This document shows, piece by piece, positions 10,019 to 20,288 of a stretch of DNA of 64,000 nt. Location of the stretch: positions 3,125-67,124 of the forward strand of contig JBBSOK010000001.1 of NCBI GenBank assembly GCA_038259825.1. Reading direction: 5' to 3'. The notes under the pieces were generated by a model. The model was not told the DNA's origin and searched no databases. It saw nothing but the letters and a program-made list of their open reading frames with translations. This stretch comes from Flavobacteriales bacterium (GTDB lineage: Bacteria; Bacteroidota; Bacteroidia; Flavobacteriales; Flavobacteriaceae). Each line of letters starts with the position of its first letter. Position 1 is the first letter of the stretch. The position numbers and the translations under genes were made by a program.

Positions 10019-12421
10019 TTATGTTTTAGAAGTGAATTGAATTATTGCTTTTTTCATATCGTGATGCTCTTCGTAGAGCTTCATTATTTCTTCGTTTTCC
10101 TGTCCATCTGTCAAGTAGGCGGCATAGACTTCCTTCGGAACTTCAAGCCTAAAAATGTTACTTTCCCTACCGATTTTGATAAACATTTCGGTGTATTTTC
10201 GTGGTCCGGAAAGATTGTTTTTAATTGACTTCAATTGGTTCAAATCGTGGCTAGAAAGATTTAGTCTTTTGACCAATTCGTCATAACCCTTTTCATTATT
10301 TAGGCTATAAATAACTTGTGTATTTTCTAGTATGCTTGCGGATGTTGAATTATTCGGTAGCTGATTAATTGATTGTAGAATAATCCCAATAGCACCATTT
10401 TGTTTACGAATAGCTTGGTAATAGAATTCCACACTTTCTAGCACGTTATCGAACTTTAGTTGTTTGGCAAACTCATCGAATAGGATAATGCCTTTTTCGG
10501 CTCGGTTTTTCCATATAGTCCTTTGGATGGCTGACTTAATCAGCTTCAACATTACGGAAAGGATTTCTTTGTTGTCCTTGACTTCATCCAGTTCAAAAAC
10601 AATCAGTCGTTTGTCCTCAATTTTATACGTCTGGTCTTCACTCACTTCAAACAAGAAGCTATATAGACCATCGCCGACATATTCAGACATTACGTGTAAA
10701 AAGCTTGTAACATTGAAGTAGTCGGGATGGATTTTAAGAGTATTCAGAAGGTCTTTCTGATTCTTTTCTATAAAACCGTAAAACCCTTCCAAAGAGTGGT
10801 TTTCAGAAGTGCTATCGTAATAATGTTTTAGTATTTTCTTTACGGAAACGGATTGTGCTTTGGTCACTTTTAAATCTGAAGCGAACAGTTCAAACAGGAA
10901 AACGGACAAGTCTTCCAACCGTTCCGGTGTCAAATCTTTTACATCGCTGATGTAAAAAGGATTGATGCCTAAGTTCTTTCCGCTCTCATAACGAAGTACG
11001 GTATATTGTTCAGGATAGAGCTTTGCGAATTTGGTGTAAGAGCCACCCAAGTCGATAATGACCAGACGGACGCCACTTTCAAAATATTGGCGTAAAATAT
11101 TATTGGCCAGAAAGGATTTACCTTCGCCCGTCGGTGCGAAAATGGCAAAGTTCCGAGCTTTGATTCGCTTTTTACGGTCATCCCAAACATCTTTCAGAAC
11201 AGGAATGTTATGTTCCCGGTCGTTAAAGATAATTCCAGTCGCATCAGATTTATAATTGGTATTGTTGATGAACAGGCAAAGTGCGTGTTTCAAATCGGTA
11301 ACGTATAAATCGTTGTTTGAAAAGTTGGACGAAAAACAGCAGTAGCTGTTCAGTATATAATTCTTGCGTTCCTCGCCTCTTGGATAGTAGGGGATGATAT
11401 CCAATTCCTTAAATTCGGTCTTTATCTTTGATGTTATTTTGTCAAGCTCTTTGGCTTCCTTCGCCCAATAGACAATGTTTAGATGACCACGGATGATGCG
11501 CGCATTATCATCTGCATTGATTTGGTCAAGAATGTGCTGAATTTTGCCAAGTACCACTTTGTTCTGTGAACCGAAATTGGAACTTTTGTTAAGTTCCTCG
11601 ATTTTCTTATCTAGTAGTTTACGCCACTTTTGTTTATCGTCTAGATAAATAATCTGATTGACGATATGATTTTCATTAAGCGTAAGCCCTAAACCATCAA
11701 TAAACCCTTGATGAAATACAAAATCGTCTGAAGTGAATTTCTCATTGGTCTTGCTACTCTGTACACTTTCGCCAAAGCACAGTTCGCTATTGATGGCAAG
11801 GGCATCAAAATGGTTTTCGCCAATATTGACGCTTTTTTTATCAAGTAAAATATCCGTATCAAAGCCTTCGTTAAAACCATTGAAATAGCCACTTGTGAGT
11901 TGCTGTATTTCTTTCGCTTCAAGTGGAAGAAATGCCATTTTTCGGCTATTATTAATGAAGGAAACAGAATCGCTTACCGAGTTGACAAAGCTTTTAATGT
12001 TGTCGTCCAGCTCCTGTACAATTCCCTTTGAAATCTTTCGGAACGGATTGACATATTTTGGATTGTTGAGCGCTTTGTTTTTGGTCAAGATGAAAAACAA
12101 ATAGCATTTGTGTTCAATATGTCCACGACCTTTAAAATGCTCGTGTGTCGCCTTCTCTAAAAAAGTTCTATTCGGAAGCTGTTCAGAAGAATAGGATTTC
12201 TTCAAATAAATATCCTGTTTGTGAACCACTGTTCCCACAGGCAATGATTTCAAAGCCTGAAACCAGGCACCGTGCATATCTTCAAAATCCTTTTCGGACA
12301 ACGAATAAATCTCTGGCAAGTTACCTTCATAGCACAAAACGACATTACCATTATTGGCAAATACGATATTATCCTGAATATCTACAATGGGTTGATATGC
12401 TGAAAGGTTAATCTTGTTCAT
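10019..12421 (-). CDS. traG: TraG-family conjugative transposon ATPase (VirB4-like)
   Basis: The protein is 800 aa with Walker A FAPTGEGKSFLANN and Walker B IILFDEFAK. It overlaps traF by 14 nt. Confidence 0.9.
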   Translation of the reverse strand: MNKINLSAYQPIVDIQDNIVFANNGNVVLCYEGNLPEIYSLSEKDFEDMHGAWFQALKSLPVGTVVHKQDIYLKKSYSSEQLPNRTFLEKATHEHFKGRGHIEHKCYLFFILTKNKALNNPKYVNPFRKISKGIVQELDDNIKSFVNSVSDSVSFINNSRKMAFLPLEAKEIQQLTSGYFNGFNEGFDTDILLDKKSVNIGENHFDALAINSELCFGESVQSSKTNEKFTSDDFVFHQGFIDGLGLTLNENHIVNQIIYLDDKQKWRKLLDKKIEELNKSSNFGSQNKVVLGKIQHILDQINADDNARIIRGHLNIVYWAKEAKELDKITSKIKTEFKELDIIPYYPRGEERKNYILNSYCCFSSNFSNNDLYVTDLKHALCLFINNTNYKSDATGIIFNDREHNIPVLKDVWDDRKKRIKARNFAIFAPTGEGKSFLANNILRQYFESGVRLVIIDLGGSYTKFAKLYPEQYTVLRYESGKNLGINPFYISDVKDLTPERLEDLSVFLFELFASDLKVTKAQSVSVKKILKHYYDSTSENHSLEGFYGFIEKNQKDLLNTLKIHPDYFNVTSFLHVMSEYVGDGLYSFLFEVSEDQTYKIEDKRLIVFELDEVKDNKEILSVMLKLIKSAIQRTIWKNRAEKGIILFDEFAKQLKFDNVLESVEFYYQAIRKQNGAIGIILQSINQLPNNSTSASILENTQVIYSLNNEKGYDELVKRLNLSSHDLNQLKSIKNNLSGPRKYTEMFIKIGRESNIFRLEVPKEVYAAYLTDGQENEEIMKLYEEHHDMKKAIIQFTSKT

Positions 12422-12692
12422 AATCGAAGCCTGAATTTCTTTTGTTACTGATGATTTTTGGGAAGGCGTTAGCCATCTGGAATAGTTGTGGATTGTTTGT
12501 AATTCGGGTCAATGCAACGTAAAGCGCAGCATTAAAAATTAAGACACCTATAATTATCCCGAAACTGAATGAAAAAATGATAATCATTAAGGATCCAAGT
12601 ATGGACATCATCATTAAGGCAAACAGGGAAATGGGCAGCCCAAAAATGACTGCCTTTTTCCTAATATTTCTATAGACCTCGAACCGCTTCAT
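12408..12692 (-). CDS. traF: Small membrane protein TraF (DUF4133-like)
   Basis: It is 94 aa with two TM helices and lies immediately upstream of traG. Confidence 0.65.
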   Translation of the reverse strand: MKRFEVYRNIRKKAVIFGLPISLFALMMMSILGSLMIIIFSFSFGIIIGVLIFNAALYVALTRITNNPQLFQMANAFPKIISNKRNSGFDYEQD

Positions 12693-12979
12693 TATACTAC
12701 GATTCCAATTAGATAGGTAAATATCCCAACGACAGCACCCGCAATTAAGACGAATACCAGAACTCTGGTAATACCTTTTTTTAAATCGGCGTTCTCGCCA
12801 AAGAAATGTCCTGCATTAAAAAGGAAACCAACTAAAAAAATAACACCTAGTAAAATTGGAAAGATTGTTCTTATGGTATCACCTACATCATTTACAGAAT
12901 CTTCAATGCCCCCAATTTGTGCAAAAAGGGATGTTGAGATAAGTGAAAGAAATACTGCGAAATAATTTGATTTTTTCAT
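12692..12979 (-). CDS. traE: Small membrane protein TraE (DUF4134-like, pilin-like)
   Basis: It is 95 aa with a signal peptide and two hydrophobic helices. It is the first gene of the tra block in this window. Confidence 0.65.
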   Translation of the reverse strand: MKKSNYFAVFLSLISTSLFAQIGGIEDSVNDVGDTIRTIFPILLGVIFLVGFLFNAGHFFGENADLKKGITRVLVFVLIAGAVVGIFTYLIGIVV

Positions 12980-13162
12980 AACTGAAAAGTTTAAAAATTT
13001 GTGTTGTTTTTGTTATTGGAAAAATACATATATTTGTTTACAAATAATTGATAATCAGATATTTGTGAATAAAATATTATTTGATTCTGTTTGATTTCCT
13101 TTGCTATTATTTGGCATCAAATTCTATGAATTTTTGAACGGAAGTTGTTGATAACCTAAAAA

Positions 13163-13801
13163 ATGAAAATGAAAAAAGTGCTCAAAAACGTCAGTTTTGT
13201 CATTTTGCTTCTAAAAATGTGCATCATTTTTGGACAGGAAACTGCTACTCAAAAAAGTATAATTATTGATGTCGGACACGGTGGAAAAGATTCCGGTGCC
13301 ATTGGAATAAATGGTATCCAAGAAAAGGATATTGTACTAAATATCGCTTTGGAAATTTTGAAGCTAAACGAAAAGTCAGAAATGCCACTTGATATCTATT
13401 TGACGAGATATAGCGATACGCTTATTTCGTTATCAGATAGAACAAAATTGGCAAAAACATTGAAAGTGGATTTGTTCATTTCGCTGCATTGTAATCATTC
13501 CAATAATCCGAATGCTAGAGGAATTGAAGTGTATTTGGCAAATGCCACTTCACAATATTCAAAGGATGCCACTTGGTTGGCTTTTCAATTTCAAGCTGCA
13601 TTTAATAAAGAATTGGGATTTGAAAGTAGGGGTGTGAAGTTTGCAAATTTTCAGGTGCTACGGGAAACGATTGATTATTCTCCTAGTGTGCTTTTAGAAT
13701 TGGGCTTTTTGAGTAATGTCGATGAAGCAGTTTATTATCAGAAGTCCGAACCTTATCAATCTTTGGGTTTAGCAATATTAGAAAGTTTAATAAAAATTTA
13801 G
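13163..13801 (+). CDS. N-acetylmuramoyl-L-alanine amidase (Amidase_3 family)
   Basis: A signal peptide is followed by IIIDVGHGGKDSGAIG, then SLHCN and GFLSN motifs typical of AmiA/B/C-type amidases. Confidence 0.85.
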   Translation: MKMKKVLKNVSFVILLLKMCIIFGQETATQKSIIIDVGHGGKDSGAIGINGIQEKDIVLNIALEILKLNEKSEMPLDIYLTRYSDTLISLSDRTKLAKTLKVDLFISLHCNHSNNPNARGIEVYLANATSQYSKDATWLAFQFQAAFNKELGFESRGVKFANFQVLRETIDYSPSVLLELGFLSNVDEAVYYQKSEPYQSLGLAILESLIKI

Positions 13802-13891
13802 ATGGCTATGAGAGAATTGGGAATTGAGATAATCAAGGTAATTAAATCCATCATTGTTGAACTATATAAGTCACTTTTTTGCAGAAAAAAA

Positions 13892-14860
13892 TTATAGAAT
13901 ATTCCAAATCATCTGCTGTAAATTAAAGGATTCTTCTTCAATCCATTCTTCTTTATCTATAAGGGTCTTAATAAGCTTTAATTCTCTTGTAGAAAAATCT
14001 TGCAATGCTAATCCTGAAAATGCTTTCGTCAAATCCCAATGGCTGTAATGGTAGTCAATATAGGTGCTTATTCTTTTATTAGGTTCATTTGGGTACAATA
14101 GATGAAAATCTTTGTTTCGTACTTTCAGCTTGGCTTTTATTCTCAAATAAATCTTTAAGCCAGCTAAATCCCAATCGCAGGAATAGTAAATTGGCTTTGA
14201 AAGATCGTTTTCATCTATATCATCAATAATAGCGATGTTGTTTCCTCCAACGTACCATAATTTCGTTTGTGTTTCTTTAGCAATCCAAGGTTGTTTTAGG
14301 AAGGATTTATTTTCACACATTATTACAGCTTTCGGATGCGGGCTATCAACTACCAATCGCCATTGATTTTCTTTTTTGTCCAACGGAAATTGTGAAATAT
14401 CTAAAATTTTAAAAACTGCTTTTCTCACGCTCGTTCTATTCTTAAGATATTTTGAGGTGTCAAAAAACTCATTTGAGAAGTCTTCTATGTTAGTTGGATT
14501 GTTCTTTAGTTCTGCCTTGTTTTCTGCAATGAACATTAGGGTCTTTACGTCCTCGATTGTAAAAGCTTTATTTGCTGTTGGCTTAATGTCATTTTCTAAT
14601 AAAAATTTCTTTGCTTCTTCATAAGGTTTTTTGAATTCCTTTTCGTAGAACGTCTCAAACCAATCTGTGGAAACTATAACTTTTATGTTGTCCGGCTTTA
14701 AGTCTAAAATACCTATTTCGTGAATGAGATGGTTAATGTAAGGATGCCCTTGAATTATAGCCTTGGTTCTTTTATTTCGATATAAATCATCAAGAGCCTT
14801 AAGTTCTTTCCAAGTAATGTTCTTATTCATTATCTGATAGAGATTGTATGTATTCGTCAA
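13892..14860 (-). CDS. jetD: Wadjet JetD (Toprim-type nuclease subunit)
   Basis: It is the last gene of the four-gene operon. The Toprim-like acidic motifs are MCENKSF (Glu) and YSCDWDLAG (DxD). An alternative start at 14830 gives an ATGAATAA overlap with the jetC stop. Confidence 0.75.
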   Translation of the reverse strand: MTNTYNLYQIMNKNITWKELKALDDLYRNKRTKAIIQGHPYINHLIHEIGILDLKPDNIKVIVSTDWFETFYEKEFKKPYEEAKKFLLENDIKPTANKAFTIEDVKTLMFIAENKAELKNNPTNIEDFSNEFFDTSKYLKNRTSVRKAVFKILDISQFPLDKKENQWRLVVDSPHPKAVIMCENKSFLKQPWIAKETQTKLWYVGGNNIAIIDDIDENDLSKPIYYSCDWDLAGLKIYLRIKAKLKVRNKDFHLLYPNEPNKRISTYIDYHYSHWDLTKAFSGLALQDFSTRELKLIKTLIDKEEWIEEESFNLQQMIWNIL

Positions 14861-17800
14861 TGTCTTCAGTCACTTCTTCAGAGAATATACCTAAAGGTGG
14901 TACAAAACTATCTACATTGGCCAAGTTGTTCTCATTCATAATATAAATGTATTGACCGTTTTCTGTTATTTCGCCTGCGGTTTCAATTGCCATTGTTATA
15001 ATTTGGTATTTTTCTTTTTTTGCTAGGTCGTGCAGCATATCATAATTGCTTCCCAAACCTTCTGCTTCGTCTATTGGCATAATTTTTAATCCTTCTTTGT
15101 CCTTTTCTTCAATTAGTGATAGCCTAGCCAAGCATAATAAAGCATTAGCCGCATAAGTTTGGCCATTGCTGCCAGAGTTGACCTCTTCGTTTTCGAGTTT
15201 TAACTCAAATACCAAATCAAAATAGGATTTTGGGTTCATTAAATCTTCAGGTTCAACTTTAGTACTACCACCAAGTTTTTGAAATGCTTTAATCATCATC
15301 TCATTAATATCAATTTCTTCGCGTAGCTCACTAAACAAACCTGTATAGTTGAGTTGGTTATGAAGCTGTTTCCTAAAGGTGGTAAGCCAATTATCTGGGT
15401 AGTGAATTGAATTTTTAGAAGTTAATGATGCTTTGTTTCCACCTGTTATACCTCTGTTTCCTTTTTTGAGATAGCTATCAATTTCATTAATCTTGGTAAG
15501 GTATCCTGTATAAACTTTATAAACATCATTAAATATGCTTCCCAATATTTCTACTTTTCTAGAACCGATTTCCTGGATATCTTGAGTCAGTTTGTTTAAC
15601 CTTTCTACAATATCGTTTTCAATTAAATCTTCATTGACTTTGATATTAGGAAATACAGTTGGCAGGAGATAATTTGCCAATTGTCCTATTGAAGCCGTTT
15701 CATCATACGGGAGGTCTTTAGTTATTATCTTTAAATATTCAATATAAGCGAGTTGTGCCTTATTTGCTTTAGCTTGAAAAGAATTGTTTCCACCATTATC
15801 AGGGTCTAAAGCTTCTTCAGTATTTTCGTCAAAATTAATTTTTGATTTAAAAAGCTGTTCGTTTGATTGTTTGGTTTCATCTATTTGCTCTTGTGCCAAA
15901 GTGAGTTGTTTTTCTTTTTGCTCTAAATCTCTATCTAGTTCTTTGATAGCGTCTAAAAGTTGATGTTTTAGATTTAAGAATGCAAGTCTAGATTTAATAG
16001 CAATATCCTTGGAGTACGTTTCGAAAAATAACTTTACATCAAAGTTCTTTTTTTTCAAGTTTTTTTCTTGTTCTGCCAGATGTTGTTCCTCTGAAGCTAT
16101 TCTTTCTTCTATTAATTGATTATTAATAGGAATATCAGCGTCAAAAAGTTCAGACTGTATTTTTTTAAGTCTATTCTGATGATTTTCTAGAAGATTTTTC
16201 CTGCTTGTAAATTCCTCATATTCCTTCTGCAGTGACTTGTATTTTTTAAGGATATTAGTTTTGTTCTTATGTGTCTGTAGATGAAGTTTGAAAAAATCTT
16301 CAGAAAGGCCTGCCAAACTGATGTCAATTTGGAAATTAAATAGCTCGTTTTTTCTTTTATAAAGTCCAATGTGCTTTTCAAGACTACTGTATTCAAAAAG
16401 TGTGTTTTTAAGGTGTTCTATATTTTCCTTTTTCGTAATAAGTTTGGTTAATTTTTCTTCAACCCCTTCCTTTAGTTTAGATAAAGATTTTATAATATCA
16501 TTTGGGTCTTGAACATTTAGAGCACGATGTTCTGAATAATTTATAAACTCATAGACACCGTCTAGATTGAGCCAAAACCCGTGTTTACTTTTATCCTTGA
16601 TATTTAAATCTATATTGCGAAAAAGCTGCTCTGGAAAAGGAACGTATCTTTTGGAATTTTCTTCCGAAGGTTTAAGCTTACCATATTTTTGAAAGTAGAT
16701 TAAAACACTTTCAAGTATATGCGATAGTGGAAATTCTATATTATCTACAGCCCAGTTAACCAAAGATTCAGGGTTGTTTAGATCTGAAAATCTTGATAAT
16801 GATTCCAGTTCTGCTATGTCCTTTTCTAATTCATTGATTTTTTTTGAATGTTCCTTGCTTTCTTCTTTGTAAGCAGTTAGCCAATTGGATGCCTTAAAAG
16901 CATCTAGAATATTATTAGTGGTAAGGTATTTTGTAAATTCTTGTAAAGCAGATTTATTATTATTCTCTTCCAGTTGAGAAGCAAACCATCTAGTTACTTT
17001 TTCAATATTATTATCGTGAGAAGAAAGCCATTTTTCTACTATTTCGATTTGAAGTTTGGACTGACCGATATCTACAAATTGTTTTGCAATATTATTTTTA
17101 TCTTCGTTTTTATCAGTTAGTTTGATAACTTTTTTCATAACGTCCAACAGCTCTTTCAAATCCTCTATTTTTAATTTCAGAATTTCATTTTCGAGAAATT
17201 GTAGCTCGTTCTTTTTTAAATTTAGTTCCTTGGCAATTTTGAGTTTCTTGGTAGTTGTTTTCTTTTTGAAAGTATTCCAGTAACTGAACTTTTTTACTAA
17301 ATATTCCGTGTAGATGGTCTTGTAGTTCTTTTGTTTTTCTAGTACAGTTTTCAGTAAAACTTGCTTGTCATTTATAAGTTCGATTTCTTGAGAATATCTT
17401 TTGTGTTCGTGGAAATCATTACTTATGTTTTCAACTTCTTCATTGTATTTTTCTATGATGGCATTTTTTTCATCATCGCCAAAAAGGAATTTTTTTAAAT
17501 TTTCAGATTCAGTCTTAAAACCTTTCCCTCTTGAAAAAGATCTTAAAATATTCGCATAAGTTTTGAGAGTTTCATCTTTAGTTAAATCTAATGACAAAAT
17601 AGCATTATCGTAAAGGATTTGATGGTAGTCCTTTCTTCTGAACGATTTTATCCTCGCAAACTCAACTCGTTCGCAAAGATTCTTAAGTGTATCAATCTTA
17701 TTGTCTATTATTAAATCCTTATTGAAAACTGGCTTATTCAAAGTAGTCAGACCATCCCAATCGTAGCCATTTTGAATAATGAACATTTCTGCCGCATTGC

Positions 17801-18125
17801 TTGTTCCTTCAATGTAAACCCCAATGACAAAATATTTTTTTGGGCTAACCTCAATGTTCAGAAAAATATAACCTCTAGATGATGAATGACCTTTTTTGGT
17901 AATTAGCATCCCTTTGACATCTCTTTGCTTATTGCCTTCGGTTGCAGATTTAAATTCATTTGAACCTACGAGAACCAACTGAATCATATCTGCAATCATA
18001 CTCTTTCCACTACCACTCTCGCCACTGAAGTCTGTTCTATATGGATGGAAAAGGTAATCAGCATTGAAATGCTGTTTGATACTAATCGTGGACAGACTAT
18101 ATATACGTGGATAATTATTCTGCAT
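14823..18125 (-). CDS. jetC: Wadjet JetC (SMC/MukB-like ATPase)
   Basis: The protein is 1100 aa with N-terminal Walker A GESGSGKSMIADM, a very long K/E-rich coiled-coil middle and C-terminal Walker B IMPIDEAEGLG. Confidence 0.8.
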   Translation of the reverse strand: MQNNYPRIYSLSTISIKQHFNADYLFHPYRTDFSGESGSGKSMIADMIQLVLVGSNEFKSATEGNKQRDVKGMLITKKGHSSSRGYIFLNIEVSPKKYFVIGVYIEGTSNAAEMFIIQNGYDWDGLTTLNKPVFNKDLIIDNKIDTLKNLCERVEFARIKSFRRKDYHQILYDNAILSLDLTKDETLKTYANILRSFSRGKGFKTESENLKKFLFGDDEKNAIIEKYNEEVENISNDFHEHKRYSQEIELINDKQVLLKTVLEKQKNYKTIYTEYLVKKFSYWNTFKKKTTTKKLKIAKELNLKKNELQFLENEILKLKIEDLKELLDVMKKVIKLTDKNEDKNNIAKQFVDIGQSKLQIEIVEKWLSSHDNNIEKVTRWFASQLEENNNKSALQEFTKYLTTNNILDAFKASNWLTAYKEESKEHSKKINELEKDIAELESLSRFSDLNNPESLVNWAVDNIEFPLSHILESVLIYFQKYGKLKPSEENSKRYVPFPEQLFRNIDLNIKDKSKHGFWLNLDGVYEFINYSEHRALNVQDPNDIIKSLSKLKEGVEEKLTKLITKKENIEHLKNTLFEYSSLEKHIGLYKRKNELFNFQIDISLAGLSEDFFKLHLQTHKNKTNILKKYKSLQKEYEEFTSRKNLLENHQNRLKKIQSELFDADIPINNQLIEERIASEEQHLAEQEKNLKKKNFDVKLFFETYSKDIAIKSRLAFLNLKHQLLDAIKELDRDLEQKEKQLTLAQEQIDETKQSNEQLFKSKINFDENTEEALDPDNGGNNSFQAKANKAQLAYIEYLKIITKDLPYDETASIGQLANYLLPTVFPNIKVNEDLIENDIVERLNKLTQDIQEIGSRKVEILGSIFNDVYKVYTGYLTKINEIDSYLKKGNRGITGGNKASLTSKNSIHYPDNWLTTFRKQLHNQLNYTGLFSELREEIDINEMMIKAFQKLGGSTKVEPEDLMNPKSYFDLVFELKLENEEVNSGSNGQTYAANALLCLARLSLIEEKDKEGLKIMPIDEAEGLGSNYDMLHDLAKKEKYQIITMAIETAGEITENGQYIYIMNENNLANVDSFVPPLGIFSEEVTEDIDEYIQSLSDNE

Positions 18126-18795
18126 CTTTTACTTCCTCTATCAAATCGTCAATCGTTTCGATTTGGGGTTGATAGTTAATTCGCAAGCGTTCAAAAGATG
18201 GCATTATTTTGAATTTGTTCTTCTCATCTTCTCTTTCCCATTTTAACCAGCCCAAATCCCCAAATTTTTCAAAAGCCTTGGAAATTACTGTTTCAAATCT
18301 TTGGTCACTCAAATCTGTACTCTTATCGGAAGAATTGTCGTTTATCAGTTTCCTTAATGCATTTTTCTGTTCTTCATATTCCTCATATAAGAGGGTAGTG
18401 AATTCAGATACACTATCCAGTTCAATGTTTCCGTCGAGCTTATACATTTTTAGGTATAACATTCCTATAATGATATATTCGCTTTTTAGATAATCCCGAT
18501 TGTCAGATGGTACATTGCCCTTACCGTCTTCATTAAAGTTTAAATAGTAGTAGTTGTTAAAGTCAGTACCTTCTTTTAAGAGATTTAAATTGAAAAAATC
18601 TTTATAATAGTTTTTAAGTGATTCATAGTTTTCAGACTCGTTTAAAAATCGATATAGGTTTACATTTAAGGGATATTCCCTTTGAATATGAATACCATTT
18701 CTAAGTGTGTAATCAAGTTTTGCAAAAATGCTTTTTGCCTTCTTATTGTTTAAAAAACTATAGGTATCTATTTTTTCTGTATTGTCATCTGCCAT
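18115..18795 (-). CDS. jetB: Wadjet JetB (MukE-like, DUF4194-like)
   Basis: It is an acidic 226-aa protein that overlaps both jetA and jetC. Its size and position fit the jetA-B-C-D order. Confidence 0.65.
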   Translation of the reverse strand: MADDNTEKIDTYSFLNNKKAKSIFAKLDYTLRNGIHIQREYPLNVNLYRFLNESENYESLKNYYKDFFNLNLLKEGTDFNNYYYLNFNEDGKGNVPSDNRDYLKSEYIIIGMLYLKMYKLDGNIELDSVSEFTTLLYEEYEEQKNALRKLINDNSSDKSTDLSDQRFETVISKAFEKFGDLGWLKWEREDEKNKFKIMPSFERLRINYQPQIETIDDLIEEVKDAE

Positions 18796-20087
18796 AAGGA
18801 AATTCCTTTTTTTGCTGTATCGTACACAGGTTCTTTTTTAACACCTACATTGTATTGATTCCTGTATGTAGTGTTCTTTCTTATAATATTGTGGGCTGTT
18901 TTAACAGCGATTGTAAGTTGGTCTTCTTTTAGAATTTTAAAGAAAAGAGGTGTAAAATCAAGAAAACCTTGTAGCTCTAATTCTTTTAATGCTAAATTGG
19001 TCCAATAACGAATTCTCTCTTTGTCCTGCTTCCATTTTAAGGTCTTTTCTAATAGTTCTTTTCTTTTAGAAACATCGACCTTTCTTATTGTAACTTCAAT
19101 GGGCAGTTTAGGACTAATTTCCCTTATTGGGATAACATTGAATTTAAGATTGTGAGTTGTGGACTTTACGACTAACCCTAAAAGGTTATTAGGAAGCTGT
19201 ATTCTTTTTGAACTTCCTTCCCTAGCTACTACTGATTGTTGTAATAAATAGTCAATGAACTTGTTAGTTTTTCTATCAAAATTCTTTTTATTGAAATCAT
19301 AAATGAATTCTCTAATTCGTGGCTTTATTTTTTCAATTCTTTTACTTACTTGTTCTAACTGGCTTCTAGAATTATCGTGAAAATTTTGAACCCTATAAAT
19401 ATTTGAGATATAGTTTTGTCCTTTATTCTCTTCGAGAAGACCAATTAAAAGGTCATCTATATCATAGGAAATCTGAAATGCATTTCTAAGTTCAGATGCT
19501 TGTTCTTTAATTACTTCAAGACGTATTTCAATACCTTTAAGAACATCGAGAATGCCTTGGTTTTCAGAATTTATTTCTGTTTTAAAATCCTTTACAGAAT
19601 CGTTAACCTGTTGGTCTAATATTTCTATTTGTGAAGTAAGTTCGGGAAGCCTAACCTCAAAATGGTCTTCAATCCATTCGTTGAAGTCTTTATTTTGCTC
19701 AATGTTTTCAGTGAGGCTTTTGTGCAATTCCGCGAAGAACCTTTTAATTTTCGCTGGATTGTACTTTTCGATTAAACGCTTTTCAATATTCTGGCAAAGT
19801 TCTAATCCGTATTTTTTGAACTGATAAGTTTTCTTAGAAACATTTCGCCATAGAAAAGACTCTTGAAACCTAAGAATAATAGCATTGTTTCTGTTGAATT
19901 CTGTCCTTGAACTTTCATTGCCCTGGTCCTTGAAGACCTTGTTTATAGTTGATATAATAATCTCTTCTGTGAAGTCTTTATCCTTGTATTTTGAATATAG
20001 AGATAGAAGAATTAATCCATCGTTTTTCTCAGGGATTAGCTTCTCATATTGGTCTTTTGCTTCTCTGTATAGATTAAAACTGTCCAT
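18768..20087 (-). CDS. jetA: Wadjet JetA (kleisin/MukF-like, DUF3375-like)
   Basis: It is a 439-aa helical protein and the first gene of the operon. It is assigned mainly from operon architecture. Confidence 0.65.
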   Translation of the reverse strand: MDSFNLYREAKDQYEKLIPEKNDGLILLSLYSKYKDKDFTEEIIISTINKVFKDQGNESSRTEFNRNNAIILRFQESFLWRNVSKKTYQFKKYGLELCQNIEKRLIEKYNPAKIKRFFAELHKSLTENIEQNKDFNEWIEDHFEVRLPELTSQIEILDQQVNDSVKDFKTEINSENQGILDVLKGIEIRLEVIKEQASELRNAFQISYDIDDLLIGLLEENKGQNYISNIYRVQNFHDNSRSQLEQVSKRIEKIKPRIREFIYDFNKKNFDRKTNKFIDYLLQQSVVAREGSSKRIQLPNNLLGLVVKSTTHNLKFNVIPIREISPKLPIEVTIRKVDVSKRKELLEKTLKWKQDKERIRYWTNLALKELELQGFLDFTPLFFKILKEDQLTIAVKTAHNIIRKNTTYRNQYNVGVKKEPVYDTAKKGISLWQMTIQKK

Positions 20088-20288
20088 AGGTTTATACCTA
20101 AAATAAATTACTTCTAACTATAGTGCACAATTTCCTAATTTATTATCAATTCTCACAATTAATAGGTGTTTAAGTGTTAATTATTTTATATTTGATGTTA
20201 CGAATCGGTAATTAAGCTCAATGTTAAATTGTTGCTTATAAGATTATTAATAATATTATCTCATAATTTTTTTGATACTTTTTAATGA

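Noticed and set aside
14823-18125. The 1100-aa SMC-like protein as a chromosomal condensin (MukB/MksB).
   Set aside because: It is embedded in an ICE and is operonic with a Toprim-motif JetD-like gene. That is the hallmark of Wadjet rather than housekeeping condensin.
20187-20194. TATATTTG, which matches the Bacteroidota -7 promoter consensus TAnnTTTG, about 95 nt upstream of the nitrilase-like gene.
   Set aside because: Such a motif is expected by chance in this AT-rich spacer, and I found no clear TTTG -33 element at the right distance. It is not strong enough to call a promoter.
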